Origin: a virus
Taxonomy: Duplodnaviria; Caudoviricetes
Direction: 5' to 3' (one strand)
Length of the DNA: 64,000 nucleotides
Virus record (IMG/VR): IMGVR_UViG_3300033066_001102
Span: 10,614-74,613 of that record
Shown here: positions 58,491 through 64,000 of the stretch, piece by piece
How positions within the stretch are numbered: the stretch's first letter is position 1
How the letters are laid out: every line of letters begins with the position of its first letter
The notes under the pieces: generated by a model
Told to the model about the DNA's origin: nothing
The model's database searches: none
The model's input: only the letters and a program-made list of their open reading frames with translations
Made by a program: the position numbers and the translations under genes

Positions 58491-58555
58491 GGTTAGCTGA
58501 TGATGGGTTGAATATCCGAAAGCAGGGAGCGATTGTATGCTTCCTGCTCCTAACC
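58491..58555 (+). ncRNA. Type I hammerhead ribozyme 2; predicted cleavage after C58549 (CUC)
   Basis: Same fold as copy 1; the three differences are one A-U to G.U change in stem II and two loop changes. Confidence 0.92.
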
Positions 58556-58569
58556 AAAAATAACACACT

Positions 58570-58956
58570 ATGAAAACAAAACGGAATCCGTTGGAGGAAT
58601 TGGGAAAATTTCTCCCGGAAGTAAAAAAAGCCAAGCACATTGTTACGACAGTGCAGCATATCACAGGACGGCAGCTAATCACCAATGCTGATAAGTTACC
58701 GGAAAGCAGGAGCAGGGAAACGGCACAGCTATTTGCCCGCTACCATGCGATGCACTTCTTACGGAAGTACACAGCGTTAACGCTGGAGGAGATAGGGATT
58801 GCATTGTGTCCCTTAAAGCCATACGATCATTCCACCGTCATACATGCAATACAGACGGCACAAGATCTTATCGACACGATGGAAGGACGCAACGACTTCT
58901 ACAAGCATTATATGATGTTGCAACATTTTTTCATTGGATCCGAAACCTTAAACTAA
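58570..58956 (+). CDS. Stand-alone DnaA C-terminal (domain IV)-like HTH protein
   Basis: ARYHAMHFLRKYT.LTLEEIG...DHSTVIHA matches the DnaA signature R..AMYL.R..T..SL..IG..F..RDHTTV.HA. Confidence 0.85.
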   Translation: MKTKRNPLEELGKFLPEVKKAKHIVTTVQHITGRQLITNADKLPESRSRETAQLFARYHAMHFLRKYTALTLEEIGIALCPLKPYDHSTVIHAIQTAQDLIDTMEGRNDFYKHYMMLQHFFIGSETLN

Positions 58957-58964
58957 CCACTACC

Positions 58965-59189
58965 ATGACATTACGAAACGAAGTTACCCTAATGGGAGGA
59001 AAAGAAGTTGATTACAGGGATATTGCAATTGACGTTTTAAAGGACGGCAGTAATGACCACAAGATAAAAGCGATATGCTTAATGTGCGGGACAGCCTATA
59101 CTGTACGTCCATTTATATGCCGATGCGCTTCAAATGTGTTTTTGCGCAATGTTGAAAATGGAGAAATTGTTAACGACTCTAAATCCTAA
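58965..59189 (+). CDS. Small Zn-ribbon-like protein (likely start MTLRNE)
   Basis: CLMC...CRC; aaccactaccATG leader. Confidence 0.55.
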   Translation: MTLRNEVTLMGGKEVDYRDIAIDVLKDGSNDHKIKAICLMCGTAYTVRPFICRCASNVFLRNVENGEIVNDSKS

Positions 59190-59194
59190 CCGCC

Positions 59195-59476
59195 ATGACA
59201 AACAAAGAATTTAATAAGCACCTGAAGGAATTATCCGGGAAATCCGGATTGCTTGACAAGGCAAAGATGCGGGCAGCTGATAATGCGCTCCGTAATCAGC
59301 TAATAAACCACCTGGTGCGCCACAGGCACAACATTGTGGAGGAATTAATCAATGATGAAACCGACCGATCCTGGTTAGCTTCAATGGGCTATATGTACAG
59401 GGGCACCAACGGAAAGTTTAATTTCCTATGCACATGCGAATCATACATTCACCAACACTTAAAACCACTACCATGA
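59195..59476 (+). CDS. Hypothetical early protein
   Basis: Packed ORF in the early operon. Confidence 0.6.
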   Translation: MTNKEFNKHLKELSGKSGLLDKAKMRAADNALRNQLINHLVRHRHNIVEELINDETDRSWLASMGYMYRGTNGKFNFLCTCESYIHQHLKPLP

Positions 59477-59964
59477 AAATCACAAGCTATTACATTGACG
59501 AAAACAAAGTGCTGCATACCTACATAGGCAACAGCAAGCACGTAACAATCAGTGACGTTACTACTGATGAGCAGGCGCAACAACTGATTGACGAAGAAAA
59601 TCTACTGATCGAAGATCGTCCTGATCCGGAAGAAAAGCAGAGTGCAGTCAGTGAACCGGAAGTGAAATACACGGCAGGTAACTGGAAGGTACACAGGGTT
59701 GTAAATGACTTCGAGATTTATGATGAAGTCAGTGACAAATATCTTGCACTTGTTTATCAGTACTCCAGAAGTATTCCAATGGAGGAAGCAGAAGCAAACG
59801 CCAAAGTGATGGCAGCAGCACCGAAACTACTTGCAGCACTGGAGATGTTTATGGAAGCAACGCACAGCGAGGGGCGCAATCCTGAAAAGGTGACAATCAA
59901 TGTGCAACTGCACACCACAGCCATGCAGTTTGCAGAGGAAGCAATCAGGGAAGCAACGTATTAA
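59473..59964 (+). CDS. Hypothetical early protein (likely start MKITSY)
   Basis: C-terminal YTAGNW...EANAKVMAAAPKLLAAL motif common in phage early proteins. Confidence 0.7.
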   Translation: MKITSYYIDENKVLHTYIGNSKHVTISDVTTDEQAQQLIDEENLLIEDRPDPEEKQSAVSEPEVKYTAGNWKVHRVVNDFEIYDEVSDKYLALVYQYSRSIPMEEAEANAKVMAAAPKLLAALEMFMEATHSEGRNPEKVTINVQLHTTAMQFAEEAIREATY

Positions 59965-59994
59965 TTCACTAACCAATTTTAAAACCATAACACT

Positions 59995-60288
59995 ATGAAT
60001 CTAATCACAAGTAATGCCCGACAATTCAATTCCTCGCTAAAGAAAGCGATCACGGAAGCGATAGGGCAAAAGGTCAAAGTAGAGATAATCAACTCATACA
60101 AATTCCCCAATTGTTGGGTGCGAGTACATCCGGAAACAACTTTCAGCAATGATTTCAGACTAAGAGTATTTGATGGATGTTTAAAAGACAGGAAGAATTT
60201 GCTTAATTCTGATGATGTTTCATACGGTAATATCCAATCGAATAGTATTTCTGCTTTAGCTATCAAATGGATGCGCATCTTTCCATAA
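59995..60288 (+). CDS. Hypothetical early protein
   Basis: Conserved leader aaccaattttaaaacc..cactATG. Confidence 0.65.
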   Translation: MNLITSNARQFNSSLKKAITEAIGQKVKVEIINSYKFPNCWVRVHPETTFSNDFRLRVFDGCLKDRKNLLNSDDVSYGNIQSNSISALAIKWMRIFP

Positions 60289-60343
60289 TTGTTTGTAATT
60301 TTAATTTTTAATTTTAAACCAATTTTAAAAACCATTTACCACT

Positions 60344-60565
60344 ATGCCACAGTACAAAAATGATCCGAGAGTAACTTACTCCAAGTTCAACAGCACTTGC
60401 GCGAAGTGCGGAAAGACCATCCGTAAAGGTGAAGAAATCGTTTACTGGCCCGCCAAGAAAGAAGCGATGCACCACGCTTGCGGGCAGCCTGACTTGCAGT
60501 CATTCTATGAATCCGCACAGGACGAGGACAACTACAATGCGCAGTTTCCTGGACGGAGTTATTAA
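60344..60565 (+). CDS. Small Zn-finger-like early protein
   Basis: SKFNSTCAKCG..I.KGE.I.Y.P...HHAC. Confidence 0.7.
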   Translation: MPQYKNDPRVTYSKFNSTCAKCGKTIRKGEEIVYWPAKKEAMHHACGQPDLQSFYESAQDEDNYNAQFPGRSY

Positions 60566-60619
60566 CCAATTAATTCACAAGCAACGGGGAGCAGCATCCG
60601 AACAACTGCAACTTACCAC

Positions 60620-60857
60620 TATGAGAACTTTAAGTAGAACATCATTACCCATAATCATTCGCTGCAACCATAAGGATTACGTGCTTGACCTAAAACGCAC
60701 AGAAAGGCTCAGGGAGCAGCCGCACCTAAAAATGAAGCATTGCATACAGGTGAATGTATTACAACGCAGCCTGAAGGGGAAAACAGACCTACATGGCAAG
60801 CCTTACCAACCGCACCCATTTATTTATCACGCACGTAAAAAATCCGAACAATCATGA
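60620..60857 (+). CDS. Small basic hypothetical protein (likely start MRTLSR; start coordinate approximate)
   Basis: ttaccactATG leader. Confidence 0.45.
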
Positions 60858-61066
60858 AAGCAATCGGAATCACCATCAAGCACATTCCTGAGCTATGCTG
60901 CGCTTCTGTTGAAGTCACAGAAGGCGACAATGTAGAGCGGGGCCTCTTAAGAGAGGATTTCATTTTGTGGCAAAACATCGTATGGTCCCTAACAATGGAC
61001 AAGGATACCGTCACGGATCTTGTTTTAATAAAACTCGAACTTTTAAAAACCAACGCAACGCTATGA
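60854..61066 (+). CDS. Hypothetical protein
   Basis: ATGA-coupled ORF. Confidence 0.5.
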   Translation: MKAIGITIKHIPELCCASVEVTEGDNVERGLLREDFILWQNIVWSLTMDKDTVTDLVLIKLELLKTNATL

Positions 61067-61233
61067 AGAATCCAAACCAACTCACGCCAGACGAAATTGA
61101 TACATACGCAGCCTCAGAAAAGCGCGATGATGAAATGATGCCGGCGAAAAATTACTCCGGTAAAATTATTTTTTGGCTTTACATCCTGGTGCTTTCCGCA
61201 ATTGCTTACTTACTATTTATTTGTAACAATTAA
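61063..61233 (+). CDS. Small membrane protein (likely start MKNPNQ)
   Basis: C-terminal TM helix; ATGA overlap. Confidence 0.5.
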   Translation: MKNPNQLTPDEIDTYAASEKRDDEMMPAKNYSGKIIFWLYILVLSAIAYLLFICNN

Positions 61234-61266
61234 ATTTTCAACGATGAAAGTAACAAAACCATCAAC

Positions 61267-61515
61267 ATGAAAACAAAAGCATCAACTAAGCAGAAAAACG
61301 CCAATAGTGCCAAGAGTGTTATTGGCGGCAGTTTGCATCGGCGAAGAGCCGAAGCAACATACAGGGAAATAAAAACCGAATGGGATATACAGAAATGCTT
61401 TGAGCAATTAAGATTTAATAAAGACTACCATTTAGGGATGGGTGACATACGATTAACAATAGGTATGCAAGAAGAAATATGCGAATTAGTGGAGCGTTTC
61501 TACCGTTGCTGCTAA
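61267..61515 (+). CDS. Hypothetical cassette-like ORF
   Basis: Reads through a GTT-type boundary hairpin; stops within TAAC. Confidence 0.5.
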   Translation: MKTKASTKQKNANSAKSVIGGSLHRRRAEATYREIKTEWDIQKCFEQLRFNKDYHLGMGDIRLTIGMQEEICELVERFYRCC

Positions 61516-61582
61516 CGGTGGCAATAAGAAACGAAAGGGATTTGAAGTCGCTTTCTTATCTAATAATTAAAACAATAGTAAA

Positions 61583-61804
61583 ATGGTAGAAAGAAAATTA
61601 AAACTTTACAAACTTGTAAATGGAATAGGAATTTATTGGGTAATTGCTAAAGACCCAACTGATGCGGAAAACAAATTAACCGCCTTACTCGACAAAGCTG
61701 ATTATGGCTTTTCAAAAGATCGCGTAGTAAAAGAAATACATCTAATTGCAGATGAAATTTATGAAGGTTCGTTTGGGATAAGCAATAAGTTTCTGGTTGT
61801 TTAG
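61583..61804 (+). CDS. Hypothetical cassette-like ORF
   Basis: Flanked by two hairpin elements. Confidence 0.65.
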   Translation: MVERKLKLYKLVNGIGIYWVIAKDPTDAENKLTALLDKADYGFSKDRVVKEIHLIADEIYEGSFGISNKFLVV

Positions 61805-61807
61805 CAC

Positions 61808-61892
61808 TTATGGCTATGTGTCAGGGAAAATTTTACAAATGAAAAAAAATAAACAAGCCAAAATTTTACTTGCATCATAGCCGATGTTAAGT
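61808..61892 (+). repeat. attC-like hairpin (degenerate)
   Basis: ggctatg..aaaatttt / aaaatttt..catagcc arms followed by GTTAAGT. Confidence 0.55.
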
Positions 61893-61916
61893 TTATTTTT
61901 TGGCAACCTAAACGAA

Positions 61917-62294
61917 ATGATTATGAATTACTATGAAGTAGGTTACTGGAGTTACGAAGAAGCACCAAGCTACACTTTAACTCACGAAAAAGAATATACA
62001 CAGGAGCAGTTTGACGAACTTGTGGCTGACTGTATGGCTAAGGTTTTTAAAGCCAAAGGAGAAGAATACGGAGAGAGCATACAATACTTGCTTGACAAAA
62101 CAATAAAGATGCTTGAAGATGATTTTGGCTTTAAACAACCGATTGTAAAAGCAAGATTTTCTCCATTCGGATGGGCAGATATAAATAATGCGAATGATTG
62201 GAAGACACAAGTTGAAGATGCTCAATTAGAATTGGTGCGCTCAAAGGTTGCCAATGGTTCTCGGCTTTGCGATGGCCGCCAAAGAGTATTTTAA
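61917..62294 (+). CDS. Hypothetical acidic cassette-like ORF
   Basis: Bounded by ttggcaacct (61900) and aggttgccaa (62245). Confidence 0.65.
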   Translation: MIMNYYEVGYWSYEEAPSYTLTHEKEYTQEQFDELVADCMAKVFKAKGEEYGESIQYLLDKTIKMLEDDFGFKQPIVKARFSPFGWADINNANDWKTQVEDAQLELVRSKVANGSRLCDGRQRVF

Positions 62295-62348
62295 TTATTA
62301 ACCGAGAATTGTCAGGCGGCTATTGCAAAACCGTTGTTAGGTGCAGTG
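62245..62348 (+). repeat. attC-like hairpin
   Basis: ggctttgcgatggccgcc pairs with ggcggctattgcaaaacc; ends in GTTAGGT. Confidence 0.7.
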
Positions 62349-62369
62349 ATTCTCACAATTTCAAATAAA

Positions 62370-62588
62370 ATGGAAATACTTATCAAACATTATGGAAATT
62401 CAAGGACAACTCCTTCAAAAATTATTGAGTTGACTTGTAAAGATTACGACACTCAATTTACAGTTGACGTTACAAACTTAAAAGGTTTGGTTGATGTCAA
62501 TTTAATTGAAAACTTACGTCAAGTTGCTGATGAATTGGAAGAACAAAATAGACTTGTAAAGGAGTTGTCCGAAGGTGTGGTGTCATAG
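62370..62588 (+). CDS. Hypothetical cassette-like ORF (likely start MEILIK)
   Basis: Bounded by gttaggtgcagtg and cattgcacctaac. Confidence 0.65.
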   Translation: MEILIKHYGNSRTTPSKIIELTCKDYDTQFTVDVTNLKGLVDVNLIENLRQVADELEEQNRLVKELSEGVVS

Positions 62589-62679
62589 CATTGCACCTAA
62601 CTGTTTCGGGCTTGGCGCAGTTGTGTGTCGGCTTGTGCGGTGGGAAAATTGCGCCAAACCCGTGTTAGTAGCTGGCGGG
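62589..62679 (+). repeat. attC-like hairpin (best example)
   Basis: ACCTAAC ... cgggcttggcgcagtt / aattgcgccaaacccg ... GTTAGTA. Confidence 0.75.
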
Positions 62680-62729
62680 ATTTTCAGCACTAAACTTCAA
62701 TCGAAGAACTAAAGAAAAAAGTATTAAAA

Positions 62730-63833
62730 ATGTGTGATGGCAAAAATGGTTTTGAAAAAACCAAACATAACTTCCCTTACAAATGGACTTTGAAGGATGC
62801 AGTATTTACAAAAGACAAAGGAAAAGTATTTAGCTGCTTTGCTTGTGGCGGTGGTTCAACTATGGGCTATAAATTAGCTGGATTTGATGTATTAGGATGC
62901 AATGAAATTGACCCTAAAATGATTGAAGCATACAAAGTTAATCACAACCCAAAATATGCTTATTTAGAGCCTATACAGACCTTTAAATTAAGAACTGATT
63001 TACCTGATGAATTATACAAATTAGATATTTTGGATGGTTCGCCACCTTGTAGTAGCTTTTCAATGGCAGGTAATAGAGAAAAAGACTGGGGAGAAGAAAA
63101 GCAATTTAGAGAAGGACAAGCAATGCAAGTTTTAGATACGTTGTTTTTTGATTTTATTGATTTGGCAAAAGAATTACAGCCAAAAGTTGTAATAGCTGAA
63201 AATGTAAAAGGTCTATTAATTGGAGAAGCAAAGCAATATGTAATTCAGATTTATAGAGAATTTGCAAAAGCTGGGTATAATGTTCAACATTGGCTTGTAG
63301 ATGCTTCTGATGTTGGAGTGCCACAACGTAGAGAAAGAGTGTTTTTTATAGCATTAAGAAATGATTTATGTGATAAGTTTATGCACCAAAAAGATTTGTT
63401 TACCCAAGCACCTGAATTGAATTTAGATTTTAAAGAACCTAAAATTACATTTGGAGAATTTTACCAAAAAGGAGTTGATGATAGACCCGCTTCAAAAGGT
63501 AAAATGTTTGAATACTGGAATAACAGAAAACAAGGTGATGAAAGTTTTTGTGATACTATCAAAAGAACCGAAGGAGTAGAAAGATGCTTTACAAATAAAT
63601 ATCTTTATCAGGATATTGTGCCAATGACTTACACAAGCAATTCAGATGTGATGTATTTATTTGATGAATATAGAAAGCCTAATAAATTTGAAAGCTGTTG
63701 TATTGGCTCATATCCTTTAGATTATAATTTTTACAAGGTGCAATATAATTACTTAATTGGAATGAGTGTTCCACCTGTAATGACTGCACAAATAGCAAAA
63801 CAAGTATATGAACAATGGTTATCAAAAATCTAA
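62730..63833 (+). CDS. DNA (cytosine-5) methyltransferase
   Basis: FSCFACGGG (I), GSPPCSSFS (IV), ENVKG (VI), PQRRERVFF (VIII), GMSVPP (X). Confidence 0.93.
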   Translation: MCDGKNGFEKTKHNFPYKWTLKDAVFTKDKGKVFSCFACGGGSTMGYKLAGFDVLGCNEIDPKMIEAYKVNHNPKYAYLEPIQTFKLRTDLPDELYKLDILDGSPPCSSFSMAGNREKDWGEEKQFREGQAMQVLDTLFFDFIDLAKELQPKVVIAENVKGLLIGEAKQYVIQIYREFAKAGYNVQHWLVDASDVGVPQRRERVFFIALRNDLCDKFMHQKDLFTQAPELNLDFKEPKITFGEFYQKGVDDRPASKGKMFEYWNNRKQGDESFCDTIKRTEGVERCFTNKYLYQDIVPMTYTSNSDVMYLFDEYRKPNKFESCCIGSYPLDYNFYKVQYNYLIGMSVPPVMTAQIAKQVYEQWLSKI

Positions 63834-63911
63834 TGGCTGCGGAGCAGACAAAGAGGGAGGGAAAATTTTTAATACTTTTTTCTATCCTGAACTTCAATCG
63901 AAGCACGTCCG

Positions 63912-64000
63912 CCCGCTTGCTACTAACGGTAAAATATTTGCGCAGGCGGGGCTGCAATAACCCGAAATTTACGATAAGTGTTTCGCCCCGCTTGTCGCAA
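63912..64000 (+). repeat. attC-like hairpin, truncated by the window end
   Basis: TACTAAC followed by ttgcgcaggcgggg / ccccgcttgtcgcaa arms. Confidence 0.7.

Noticed and set aside
1-64000. Stop-codon reassignment as in some crAss-like phages
   Set aside because: Genes are long and tightly packed under the standard code, and TAG/TGA act as real stops
1-64000. CRISPR array, tRNA genes, DGR, introns or inteins
   Set aside because: No regularly spaced repeats, cloverleafs, reverse transcriptase or interrupted core genes seen by eye; tRNAscan and cmscan would be needed to exclude them formally

Overview
A 64 kb segment of a tailed-phage (Caudoviricetes) genome. The A-rich, SD-less translation starts and the gene families point to a Bacteroidota host, and the virion module resembles crAss-like podoviruses. 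Layout: (1) 1-3.8 kb, + strand: end of a replication/modification block (DnaB C-terminus, a C5 DNA methyltransferase with a fully overlapping second reading frame, a DUF1064 nuclease). (2) 3.8-55.3 kb, - strand: the late operon. In transcription order it has two wHTH genes, terminase, portal, a methyltransferase-GT25 plus glycosidase pair, scaffold, major capsid, ring and auxiliary proteins, a 1368-aa tail stabilisation protein, two cargo-like proteins, a 6152-aa polyvalent protein (DarB-like MTase/SF2 helicase, J-domain, DUF2958, zincin motifs), tail appendages including a tandem glycoside-hydrolase-like protein, a holin and a signal-peptide esterase. (3) 55.3-56.2 kb: non-coding divergence region, possibly the genome terminus. 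(4) 56.2-64 kb, + strand: early genes (RadC, a DnaA-domain-IV-like protein, many small ORFs). The two strongest non-gene signals are in block 4. One is a pair of near-identical type I hammerhead ribozymes bracketing a single gene, defining a 585-nt excisable and potentially circular RNA. The other is an array of genes separated by attC-like hairpins, with self-complementary GTT.../...AAC cassette ends, resembling an integron-type cassette array inside a phage. All functional calls come from motif reading and synteny; no database search was run.
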